Shown: in pieces, positions 39,182 through 48,097 of the stretch | Position numbering within the stretch: position 1 is the first letter of the stretch | Layout: each line of letters starts with the position of its first letter | From: an uncultured delta proteobacterium | GTDB lineage: Bacteria > Desulfobacterota > Desulfuromonadia > Desulfuromonadales > BM103 | Assembly: GCA_963715335.1 (NCBI GenBank) | Contig: CAVQRZ010000030.1 | Location: forward strand, 14,941-78,940 | Direction: 5' to 3' | DNA: 64,000 nucleotides | Notes under the pieces: generated by a model | Told to the model about the DNA's origin: nothing | Database searches by the model: none | Seen by the model: the letters and a program-made list of their open reading frames with translations, nothing else | Program-made: the position numbers and the translations under genes

Positions 39182-40332
39182 GGTCCATGACGATCATCCT
39201 CATCGCAACGGTTTTGACCATTTCGGCCCTCTATGTGCCACAGCCATTGCTGCCAGTTCTCGCCGCGCAGTTTGCGGTCAGCCGGGAGATGGCTGCCCTG
39301 TTGACCACGATCGTTTTTATCCCTCTGAGCCTTGCCCCGCTGGTCTACGGTTACCTGCTCGAGGCAATCCCTGCCAAACGCATTCTGCGCATCGCCATGC
39401 CGCTGCTGGGGATCTCATCGTTGTTGCTCGGTTTTGTCGACAGCTACAGCTGGATGCTCGGTTGGAGGCTTTTCCAGGGGTTGTTGATCCCCGCGCTTTT
39501 GACTGCTCTGATGACCTATACCTCACAGAGTGCCACACAAGGTGATATGCAGCGGGCCATGGCCTGGTATATCGGCGCGACGATCGCCGGGGGTTTCGCC
39601 GGGCGGGCCCTGTCCGGAATCATTGCCAGCCTGTTTCACTGGCGTGTCAGCTTTCTGGTCCTCGGGGTCAGCATCCTGATCGCCTGGGTCTGGCTGGCAA
39701 AACTGCCGGAGACCGGAACTATGCGCGTGCAACGCCCGCGTCTTGGTCTGATCAAAGAGATCCTGGCCAAACCGGTGTTCCGCCGCGCCTACCTGATGAT
39801 CTTCTGTTTTTTTCTGGCCTTTGCAGCGATCATGAACTTTCTGCCGTTCCGCCTGACCGAACTGACCGCGGAGGCAGATGAGCTGCGAATCGGGTTGGCT
39901 TATTCCGGCTACATGATGGGGCTGCTTGCCTCGTTGAACGCTGTAAAGCTGCAGCGCTGGTGCGGCGGCGTTGAACGGACCATGGTCATAGCCCTGGTTC
40001 TCTATCTTGTCGCTCTGGTTCTGCTGGGTGTCCCTTCCGTTACTTTGCTGCTGGCAGCCATGTTCCTCTTCTGCGGTGCCATGTTCCTGACCCATGCCAC
40101 CGCAACCGGGCTGTTGAACCGGCTTGCCGAGGGCCACAAGGGGATGGTCAACGGGCTCTACGTTGCTTTCTATTATGGTGGCGGGGCGCTCGGATCAATC
40201 CTTCCCGGCTATGTGTACCGGGGGTTCGGCTGGGTTGGTTTCATCGTGGTTCTGGTTGTTTTCGTGGTCGTTGCCCTACTGCTGGCTGTCAGCCTGGTAC
40301 GCGAGGATTCCATTGCAAGCACAAACCGCTAA
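39178..40332 (+). CDS. MFS transporter (YnfM-like)
   Basis: About 12 TM helices, YVPQPLLP, GLYVAFYYGGG. Confidence 0.88.
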   Translation: MRSMTIILIATVLTISALYVPQPLLPVLAAQFAVSREMAALLTTIVFIPLSLAPLVYGYLLEAIPAKRILRIAMPLLGISSLLLGFVDSYSWMLGWRLFQGLLIPALLTALMTYTSQSATQGDMQRAMAWYIGATIAGGFAGRALSGIIASLFHWRVSFLVLGVSILIAWVWLAKLPETGTMRVQRPRLGLIKEILAKPVFRRAYLMIFCFFLAFAAIMNFLPFRLTELTAEADELRIGLAYSGYMMGLLASLNAVKLQRWCGGVERTMVIALVLYLVALVLLGVPSVTLLLAAMFLFCGAMFLTHATATGLLNRLAEGHKGMVNGLYVAFYYGGGALGSILPGYVYRGFGWVGFIVVLVVFVVVALLLAVSLVREDSIASTNR

Positions 40333-40429
40333 TCTGCTGAAAATCCATTTGTTTAGGTTGACAGAATGCAGGGCCGTGAGTATCTTTACTGCTTCATTCT
40401 CTTATTCGCGTACACTGAAAGGATTCCCC

Positions 40430-41146
40430 ATGTACCACAGACTGTTTGCCGTTATGTTCATGCTGGCCTACCTCGTCGGTTGTTCCCCGCAAGAGGCAAG
40501 TTCCGCACCCGAATTGAAACTCGATACCCCGAAGAACCGGATCAGTTACACGATCGGTGTAAATATCGGTCAGGATTTCAAGTCCCAGAAGATGGATGTT
40601 GACCCCGATATCCTGTTGATGGGGCTTAAAGACTCCGTGTCCGGCAAGGAACTGCAGCTCACCGAAGAGGAGATGGTGCAGGAAATCCAGACTTTCCAGG
40701 AGGAGATGCAGGCCAAAATGATTGCTGAAATGGAAGAGAAGTCGACCAAGAACAAGGCCGCGGGAGAGGCCTTCCTGGCTGAGAATGCCAAGCAGGAAGG
40801 TGTCGTGGTGACCGAGAGTGGCCTTCAATATAAAGTCCTTGAACCGGGCGCAGGGAATTCGCCTGGGCCGGCCGACATTGCGACGGTCCACTATCGCGGT
40901 ACATTGATCGACGGGACCCAGTTTGACAGCTCCTACGACCGTGGCCAGCCGGCGACCTTCCCGGTGGGCGGCGTGATTGCCGGCTGGACCGAAGCCTTGC
41001 AACTGATGAAGCCCGGCGCGAAATGGCAGCTGTTCATTCCTGCCGCGCTCGCATATGGCGAGAGAGGTGCCGGACAGGATATCGGGCCCAATGCAACTTT
41101 GTTGTTCGATGTTGAGCTGATCAGCGTTGAAAAGGGCGGGAATTGA
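40430..41146 (+). CDS. FKBP-type PPIase (FkpA/Mip-like lipoprotein)
   Basis: SYTIG, SGLQYKV, VHYRGTL, FDSSY, VIAGWTEAL. Confidence 0.93.
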   Translation: MYHRLFAVMFMLAYLVGCSPQEASSAPELKLDTPKNRISYTIGVNIGQDFKSQKMDVDPDILLMGLKDSVSGKELQLTEEEMVQEIQTFQEEMQAKMIAEMEEKSTKNKAAGEAFLAENAKQEGVVVTESGLQYKVLEPGAGNSPGPADIATVHYRGTLIDGTQFDSSYDRGQPATFPVGGVIAGWTEALQLMKPGAKWQLFIPAALAYGERGAGQDIGPNATLLFDVELISVEKGGN

Positions 41147-41583
41147 TGGGTGATCGGGAGACCCGTGTCGTTGCTGCCGGTGACCGGGTTCGCGTCAATT
41201 ACATCGGGCGCTTTGCTGACGGTTCAGTCTTCGACTCGTCGGAGGGGCATGAACCGCTGGAGTTCACCGTAGGCGCTGGCCAGGTGATCGTCGGCTTCGA
41301 TCAGGCGGTTGTTGGTCTAAAACCAGGTGAAAGTTGCAAAGTTGTGGTGGCCCCCGAAGATGGCTATGGCAACCATCTCCCGGAGATGGTTGCCAAGGTG
41401 GAAAAACATCTGATTCCAGACCATGACAAGCTGGTCCTTGGCAGCATGCTTGAGGTCGGCCTTGAAGACGGCCAGTCATTGGAGGTGCAGGTAGTAGAAG
41501 TTTCCGATGATTCGGTGGTCCTGGATGGGAACCATCCCCTGGCAGGCAAGGAGTTGCACTTTGAAATAGTGCTGCTCGAGTGA
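41146..41583 (+). CDS. FKBP-type PPIase (SlyD/SlpA-like)
   Basis: VFDSS, PLEFTVG, DGNHPLAG. Confidence 0.92.
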   Translation: MGDRETRVVAAGDRVRVNYIGRFADGSVFDSSEGHEPLEFTVGAGQVIVGFDQAVVGLKPGESCKVVVAPEDGYGNHLPEMVAKVEKHLIPDHDKLVLGSMLEVGLEDGQSLEVQVVEVSDDSVVLDGNHPLAGKELHFEIVLLE

Positions 41584-41814
41584 ATCGTTAAATGACCAGG
41601 CCGCCTGCAGAGGCGGCCCTTTTTTGTTGCTGAGGAAGCTCACGCTCAACTTTTTTGCATTTTTCCTGTTTAATAAAAATTCTGACAAGCTCCTGTTTTT
41701 GTGACGAAGTTAAAAGAGCCTTAACCACACAAACGATAATCAGCCAAGTCGGCACGGACTGTGCAAAAAAACTCTAAGCATGACGATAAACATCCTGCGC
41801 CTGGAGTGATCAGT

Positions 41815-42531
41815 ATGCCCGCGAAAAAAATCGTTCTCTCGCATGATCCCGCCTTGCTGGCGATCCTGAAGAATTCCTATTTCCAGAGGGAAGGCTTTGA
41901 AATGGTGCTGGTCAAGGATGGCCAGACCGGCTTCCAGGCTGTTGAGGCCGAGGCCCCGACCCTTTCGATCTTCGATATTGCGCTGCTGGGAGAGCAGGCC
42001 CTTGAGTGTTGCCGGTCGATCAAGAACGATGCGTTGCTGGCCAACACTCCAGTATTGCTCGTGCTGCCCGAAAATGCTGATGAGGATGTGGCTGATGCAT
42101 GCTGGAGTGCCGGCACCGATGCGGTTGTCCACCGGCCTCTGGAGGCAGCACGGTTCCTCGATGCGGTCTTTGGACTGCTCGGGATTTCCCGTCGCTTGGT
42201 CCCGCGGTTCCCGGTCAATTTCAAACTCAAGTTTCTTGACAGTAAGCAGAAACAGCATGTCGGTACCTGCGCAAACATTACCGTCGAAGGCATGTTCCTC
42301 GCGACGGAAACACTCTTCCCGGTCGATACCCAGTTGTCAATTGAGTTTACCCTGCCTGACTTCCAGAGTCCTATTGCAGTCGTGGTCCGGGTTGCCTGGG
42401 TGAATCACCCGGAATGGCGGAAAAAGAGCACGCTGCCATGTGGGATGGGGCTTGAATTCATTAACAGCAGCGCGGCTTTCAAACAGGCACTGAAGGCTTT
42501 TGTTGATAGTCTGGCAAGTCAAAGCTGTTAG
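41815..42531 (+). CDS. Receiver-like plus PilZ-domain protein
   Basis: REC-like N-terminus; RRLVPR and NITVEG PilZ motifs; GMGLEF. Confidence 0.8.
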   Translation: MPAKKIVLSHDPALLAILKNSYFQREGFEMVLVKDGQTGFQAVEAEAPTLSIFDIALLGEQALECCRSIKNDALLANTPVLLVLPENADEDVADACWSAGTDAVVHRPLEAARFLDAVFGLLGISRRLVPRFPVNFKLKFLDSKQKQHVGTCANITVEGMFLATETLFPVDTQLSIEFTLPDFQSPIAVVVRVAWVNHPEWRKKSTLPCGMGLEFINSSAAFKQALKAFVDSLASQSC

Positions 42532-43412
42532 CTGTCGGAGGCTTCATTCGGGTTCAATCGGGCACTGCAATATTTACAGAAAACGGCATCATAGCTGTGC
42601 TTCTCCCCCCCGCATTCCGGGCACGCCTGGGTTGATACTTTCCCCTTGATCGGTGCGACGAGCTCTGCAGTGACAATTCCGGTTGGCACTGCAATCACGC
42701 CGTATCCCAATACCATGATGATGCTGGCCACTGCCCGTCCCAATGGAGACTGTGGGGAGATATCTCCATAACCTACGGTCGTCAGGGTCGTTATGGCCCA
42801 GTAGCATGAAGCACCTATGGACGTGAACCCGCTTTCGTCACCTTCTATGAGATAAAGCAACGAGCCGAAGATCAGGACCAGGCTCATGACGACAAACAGG
42901 AAGACCGATATTTTGCGCGTGCTGGCCCGCATTGCTTTCAGCAGGACCTCCGCTTCATTGAGGTATTGTGCGAGTTTCAGGATTCTGAAAATCCTCAGGA
43001 GGCGCAGGACCCTGATGGTCATCAGGTACTGCGAGCCGGGGAACAGCAGGCTGAGGTAGGTTGGCAAAATGGCGACGAGATCGACCAGGCCGTAGAAGCT
43101 GCGAATGTAGCGGACCGGGCTGCCAAGGGAAATAATCCTGGCAACATATTCTGCGGTGAAGATCAGGGTGAAAAACCACTCGATGGCATACAGGGCTTCG
43201 CCATGCTCGGTGCGGACTTCGGCAACGCTGTCGAACATCACGGTAATGATGCTCAGGATGATGGCAATGATCAGAAAGATGTCGAAAAGCTTGCCCGTCG
43301 GGGTGTCCGCTTCGAAGATGATTTCGTGCAGCTTGATCCGCCAGGCTGCCGGGCTCTTGTCTTGCTTGGTTTGGGGGCCAGGGAATCTGTTGGGACGGGA
43401 CGTTTTGCTCAT
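42528..43412 (-). CDS. Voltage-gated-type potassium channel
   Basis: S4 RVLRLLRIFRILK, filter TTVGYGD, C-terminal Cys cluster. Confidence 0.92.
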   Translation of the reverse strand: MSKTSRPNRFPGPQTKQDKSPAAWRIKLHEIIFEADTPTGKLFDIFLIIAIILSIITVMFDSVAEVRTEHGEALYAIEWFFTLIFTAEYVARIISLGSPVRYIRSFYGLVDLVAILPTYLSLLFPGSQYLMTIRVLRLLRIFRILKLAQYLNEAEVLLKAMRASTRKISVFLFVVMSLVLIFGSLLYLIEGDESGFTSIGASCYWAITTLTTVGYGDISPQSPLGRAVASIIMVLGYGVIAVPTGIVTAELVAPIKGKVSTQACPECGGEKHSYDAVFCKYCSARLNPNEASDS

Positions 43413-43552
43413 GTTGCCGCCTCTGCAAAGATAGGAGTTTCGTACAGGCATCCTGCCAGTTACAGCAAAAACGGTCAACCAGCGAACTGGTTATCGGATG
43501 CTGAATGGAAATAAAAAAGGCCTTCTGCAGAAGGCCTTTTTGTTGTAACAGA

Positions 43553-43933
43553 CTAACTCTTTGCCGACCAGTGGCCGTGCAGGTTGCAATACTCACGCGC
43601 CGTTACCGTCTTGGCGATAAGGGGGAAAGTTGCTTCCGGAGTGTTTCCTGGCTGCAGGTTCTGACGGTAGACTTTGCCATCGGCGATCAACTCAATCCAC
43701 TCGATGTAGTGCTCTGCGGCCATCGGGTGTGCTACGCTGCCAACCTTGACGGTAATGCTGTTGGCGCCGATCTGGATGACGGGAACGTGTTTTTCCAGCG
43801 CTGCGTCGACGGTGTTCTCGGTCAACAGGACCATCTTCTGATTGCAGCAGTTCAGGGCGCCGGGCCCGCCGTGCAGCAGCTCAACAATATTTCCGCAGAG
43901 TTCACACTTGTAGACTTCGTTCAGCTGGGGCAT
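43553..43933 (-). CDS. dfx: Desulfoferrodoxin (superoxide reductase)
   Basis: [26 protein letters not shown]. Confidence 0.95.
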   Translation of the reverse strand: MPQLNEVYKCELCGNIVELLHGGPGALNCCNQKMVLLTENTVDAALEKHVPVIQIGANSITVKVGSVAHPMAAEHYIEWIELIADGKVYRQNLQPGNTPEATFPLIAKTVTAREYCNLHGHWSAKS

Positions 43934-43950
43934 TTTGTTCTCCTTGTCGT

Positions 43951-44523
43951 TTAGTAGTTGTCGGGCTTCAGTTCAAAGTGGGCCTGCGGGTGGTTGCAGG
44001 CGGGACAGGTGTCGGGTGCTTCTATACCTTCATGTTGATAGCCACAGTTCTGGCAACGCCAAGACCTGGACTGTTCACGCTTGAAGACCTGGTTGCTTTG
44101 GATGTTGTTGAGAAGCTTCAGGTAGCGTTCTTCATGATATTTCTCGGCAACGGCGATCGACATGAAGACGTCAGCAATCTCCGGAAACCCTTCTTCGCGT
44201 GCCGTCGCGGCAAACTCAGGGTACATGGTGCTGTACTCGTAGTTCTCACCGCCGGCGGCTTCCTTGAGGTTCTCCCTCGTCGAACCGACAACGCCGGCAG
44301 GGAAGCTGGCCGTCACTTCAACTTCGCCGCCTTCTAGCAGTTTGAACAGGCGTTTGGCATGTTCTCGCTCGTGGTTGGCTGTTTCTTCGAAGATGTTTGA
44401 GATTTGTACATACCCCTCCTTTCTTGCCTGGGCTGAGAAATAGGTGTAACGGTTACGGGCCTGGCTTTCGCCGCAAAACGCCGTGAGAAGGTTTTTTTCT
44501 GTCTGGGTACCTTGCAGAGCCAT
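43951..44523 (-). CDS. rbr: Rubrerythrin
   Basis: [22 protein letters not shown]. Confidence 0.95.
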   Translation of the reverse strand: MALQGTQTEKNLLTAFCGESQARNRYTYFSAQARKEGYVQISNIFEETANHEREHAKRLFKLLEGGEVEVTASFPAGVVGSTRENLKEAAGGENYEYSTMYPEFAATAREEGFPEIADVFMSIAVAEKYHEERYLKLLNNIQSNQVFKREQSRSWRCQNCGYQHEGIEAPDTCPACNHPQAHFELKPDNY

Positions 44524-44738
44524 AGAGACCTCCATAGAAAATTCACATGCATATAGCCTGAGGCAGGATTATATCACAATCGTAACGCCCTGCAATTTAT
44601 GATTAAATTAGTCTTCTAGTCAAGTTGTAATCTGATTTTTTCAGCAGACAGACGGTGAGTCGAGTCACGGCCCGGAATGACCGGAAATAAAAAAGCCTCC
44701 CCTGGGAGAGGGAGGCTTTTTAACTCACAAACTGCGGC

Positions 44739-45005
44739 TTACTTCTTGTGGCAATCGTTGCACTTGGTCGGGCCAGTTGTTTCCTTGTGGCAGTCTTTGC
44801 AGGACGCGCCATGCGCAGCATCCTTGTCAATGGCGATCTTCGCCGGAGTGCCTTGGTGGCAGGCTTCGCAGCCAAGCTTGTCAGCATGAGCTTTGTGGTC
44901 GAAGGTGACGGCGCCTTTTTTGCTGTCGTAGGTTACGGAATCAGCGGCGTAGGCTACGGTGAAAGCGAAAGCGACCAGCATTACAGCAATAACCAGTTTT
45001 TTCAT
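44739..45005 (-). CDS. ppcA: Triheme cytochrome c7 (PpcA family)
   Basis: Signal peptide, VTFDHKAH, CEACH, CKDCH, CNDCH. Confidence 0.9.
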   Translation of the reverse strand: MKKLVIAVMLVAFAFTVAYAADSVTYDSKKGAVTFDHKAHADKLGCEACHQGTPAKIAIDKDAAHGASCKDCHKETTGPTKCNDCHKK

Positions 45006-45176
45006 GTGTCTCTCCTTAACGATGGATGGTTAATATTAAAATAAGCAGGAGTTAATCTACATACTCTAATCTTGTGGGTCAAGTGTTTTTTTAAGTCTTG
45101 GGCGATAGTTGTTGCTATGAATTGTCGATGAGGATGTTATAATGCAGCACAATATGTTGTCAGGTGGGAGTCCGAT

Positions 45177-45422
45177 ATGTCACGTTGGTTTTGGGTTGGT
45201 TTATTGTCTCTGTTGCTGGTCGGTTGTGCGTCGCGGTGGCAGAATGAGTCCAAGCTCCCTTCAGAGTTCTATGCTGATGACAGGGCTTGCCAGGCCGAGA
45301 CCGGCGGCGTTGTGGCCGGGCTAGAGCCGGGCTCGGAACGCGTGAGCTACGAAAGCTGCATGTGGGAGAAGGGCTGGCACAAGAAAAAAACTATCTGGTT
45401 CTTTGACCCGAAGGAAAACTAG
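45177..45422 (+). CDS. Small lipoprotein
   Basis: Lipobox LVGC; DDRAC...YESCMWEKGW. Confidence 0.7.
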   Translation: MSRWFWVGLLSLLLVGCASRWQNESKLPSEFYADDRACQAETGGVVAGLEPGSERVSYESCMWEKGWHKKKTIWFFDPKEN

Positions 45423-45469
45423 TTGCCAGGTTGTGTTTGGTATGCAAAAAGGGCAGACGTGAGTCTGTC

Positions 45470-45614
45470 CTGGGATTGTTGACAACCCCCGCACGTGATG
45501 CGGGGGTTGTTTTTTTTGCCTCGTTTAGGTGAAGGTTCTGTGAAGCTAAGGGCAACAGATGGTTGATCTGTTGCCTTTCTAAACTTCAATGCTGAATTTT
45601 GTCAGCAACCTGAG
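45470..45614. mobile_element. MITE-like element containing copy 2 of the double-palindrome repeat
   Basis: Imperfect terminal inverted repeats CTGGGATTGTTGACAA and TTGTCAGCAACCTGAG; interior homologous to 5991-6087. Confidence 0.6.
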
Positions 45615-45677
45615 AGAAAACGGGAGTCTGCCTTTTTTGGTTTTTTGCGGGGAGTGGGCAGTCTCCAGTATTCAGAA

Positions 45678-45775
45678 TTCTGGCTTCTGGCTTCTGGATT
45701 CTGGATTCTGGATTCTGGATTCTGGATTCTGGATTCTGGATTCTGGATTCTGGATTCTGGATTCTGGATTCTGGA
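45678..45775. repeat. Heptamer tandem repeat, 14 units
   Basis: 2x TTCTGGC then 12x TTCTGGA. Confidence 0.95.
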
Positions 45776-45785
45776 TTCCCGAGAC

Positions 45786-47243
45786 TCAACGCGAGATGAA
45801 GTCGAGCCGGTAGTGCTCACGGATAATACGCAGAAGAAGGTTGACTCCCCGCAGGGCTTCGCGCAACTGGTTACGGGCTTTCTCCGGCAATCGTTGCGGA
45901 TCGATGGCGTTGCTCGGCTTGTTGCCCGCTGCCAGGTCGCGGAGTTGGCGTTGCAGTCGGAAGTTGACCAGCGCGCTGAACGCGTCACTGATCGTCTCGC
46001 TGTCTTTCTTCGAAAGCACACTTAGCTGCCCCAGTTTCTCGAGTTTATCCCAGGTTGTCCCTCCGTCCACATTGTTCTCCAGGGCAAGCAGGCTGGCGCC
46101 TTCCGTTATGGCGAAGATACCGGCTTTTTTCAGTTCAACCTTGCCACGGTTCGAGCCGGTTCGTTCAACCTTGATCCGGCCGAACATCCCGAGAGGGGCT
46201 GGAAACCTGACAATGTTCTTGGCAACATGAGGGAAAAACAGCATGTGTCTCTGCGTTGTCGCATGGATGAATGCGTGTAGATCTTTTTCCAGAGATCTGT
46301 TGCCGTGAATTGTGCGGAAATCCTGAAACATGCCAAAGTTGACCATGCTCTCGCCGTCCGGCACGGTGATCCACTTCTCCAGCCTTTCCTGCCATTCACC
46401 AAGGCTGTGTCGCCACTGCGGGTTGCTGGCCATGGTATTGCCCGGGCAGCGGGGAATGCCGACAAATTCAAGGACCTCTACCAACCGGTCGGCAAACCGG
46501 GCGCAATCATCAATTTCAGAGGCCGCTATGTCGTCGGCATAAACCATGGCGCTGTCCTGATCGGTGCGCAGGGTCTGCTCGCCACGGCCTTCGCTGCCAA
46601 GTGCGAGGTAGGCGGCTTTGGCAGGCAGGATAATCCCTTCCGTTGATTCCATGAGCGCGATGATGCGTTCAGTAAACCCATCATTGAAGTGGGCAATCAG
46701 GTGGACCAGGCTCCTGGTGTCAGCGCCGGCATCCATGGCGCTGCGCACCATCTCGAGAATGCTGCCGCTGATGCGCTGAAGATCGGCAAAAGATTCGGCG
46801 GTTTGAATCTCCTGGGCCAGGTAGAGCGGGCTGCGGGTCTGCTGGATGAGCAGGTCGGTCGCATTGATGATGCCGATCAAATCCTGATGCTCATCGACGA
46901 CGGCAAGGCGGTGGAGGTTGTTTTTAGCCATTTTGAAAATGGCTTCGAAAACATAAGCGGAATGCCTGACGGTGATGACGCCGACGTGCATGACGTCACG
47001 GACCTTGTGGGCAATAAGGTTCGCTCCGTCCGCAGCCATGATGTCCCGTAGATCCCTTACCGACAGGATCCCGACCGGGGCGTTGTCGTCGACGACGACA
47101 ACGCCGGCAATGCTATGGTCACGCATCAGACAGGCCGCCTCGATCACGCTGATATCGGGGGAGCAGGTGATTGCAGGGCGGCGGCAGACGTTTTTTACGT
47201 GCAGGAAGAAAAAGCTTTCTTCGTTAAAATTACTGCCAGGCAT
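45786..47243 (-). CDS. CBS-pair plus DUF294 putative nucleotidyltransferase protein
   Basis: Two CBS repeats, LGSEGRGEQTLRTDQD, CPGNTMASNPQW. Confidence 0.88.
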   Translation of the reverse strand: MPGSNFNEESFFFLHVKNVCRRPAITCSPDISVIEAACLMRDHSIAGVVVVDDNAPVGILSVRDLRDIMAADGANLIAHKVRDVMHVGVITVRHSAYVFEAIFKMAKNNLHRLAVVDEHQDLIGIINATDLLIQQTRSPLYLAQEIQTAESFADLQRISGSILEMVRSAMDAGADTRSLVHLIAHFNDGFTERIIALMESTEGIILPAKAAYLALGSEGRGEQTLRTDQDSAMVYADDIAASEIDDCARFADRLVEVLEFVGIPRCPGNTMASNPQWRHSLGEWQERLEKWITVPDGESMVNFGMFQDFRTIHGNRSLEKDLHAFIHATTQRHMLFFPHVAKNIVRFPAPLGMFGRIKVERTGSNRGKVELKKAGIFAITEGASLLALENNVDGGTTWDKLEKLGQLSVLSKKDSETISDAFSALVNFRLQRQLRDLAAGNKPSNAIDPQRLPEKARNQLREALRGVNLLLRIIREHYRLDFISR

Positions 47244-47827
47244 TAGTTGTTCCCCCGAAAAAGGTTGGATCGAAAACATTCTCCATGGATTCAGCATATT
47301 ATGCAACAAATGGATGACCCGACCTGGCAAGAAAAAATCATGATTTAAGGAACAAAACAGGACGTGAGCTACCAAACTTGTGTTTTGCTGCTATACTTGC
47401 GACGGGTCGAAACAGCGTCTCCGGAAACGGTCGGTTTGGCGGGTTTTTATTGATCAATTTGACAAAAACGAAACAACGTTATATTTTTTTATTGACTAGA
47501 TGCGGAGACTCAAGCTATCTTCTGTTGGACCTCATATTTATTGGGGTTTTTGTGGCTAATTGGAAAAAACGGTGGTTAAAATCTGATTTTTTTGGTCGGT
47601 TAAAAAGTTTTTTTTATAGAAGCTGTTGCCGGGTCTCCCGGCCTTGATATCAAACGTTGTAACCCGAAATTAAAACCTTGTCTTCCTTGCGCCGCTCAGG
47701 CTGCGTCGGGGGGACACAAACAGTACCGGATAGAACGTTCGGACGAAGTGGGGAGGTGGTCGGGAAAATCAATGGTTTCGCATCATCGTGTTTCAAGTAT
47801 TTTCAAATAACCTGAAGGAGGTTTTTT

Positions 47828-48085
47828 ATGAGTGAAGAAAATGGAAAAGCTTATTGGAACGCAGTACTGAAGTTGGTAGGGGTTATGCTCACCATCTGGT
47901 TTGTCGTAGGCTATGGCTTCGGAATCTTCCTGGCTCCCGCGCTCAACGGGATCAAAATTGGTGGTTATCCGTTCGGTTTCTGGTGGTGCCAGCAGGGCTC
48001 CATGTATGTTTTTGTCGCGTTGATCTTCATCTACTCCAAGTTGATGGGTGATCTTGACAAAAAATTCGACGTTCACGAAGAGTAA
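47828..48085 (+). CDS. DUF4212 small membrane partner of the symporter
   Basis: AYW, WFVVGYG, GFWWCQQGS. Confidence 0.85.
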   Translation: MSEENGKAYWNAVLKLVGVMLTIWFVVGYGFGIFLAPALNGIKIGGYPFGFWWCQQGSMYVFVALIFIYSKLMGDLDKKFDVHEE

Positions 48086-48097
48086 GGAGGATAACTG

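Noticed and set aside
45678..45775. Possible CRISPR array
   Set aside because: Contiguous 7-bp units with no spacers and no cas genes.
45586..46025. ORFs with SRIQNPE / GFWILDS repeats
   Set aside because: Translations of the heptamer microsatellite, with no RBS; not credible genes.
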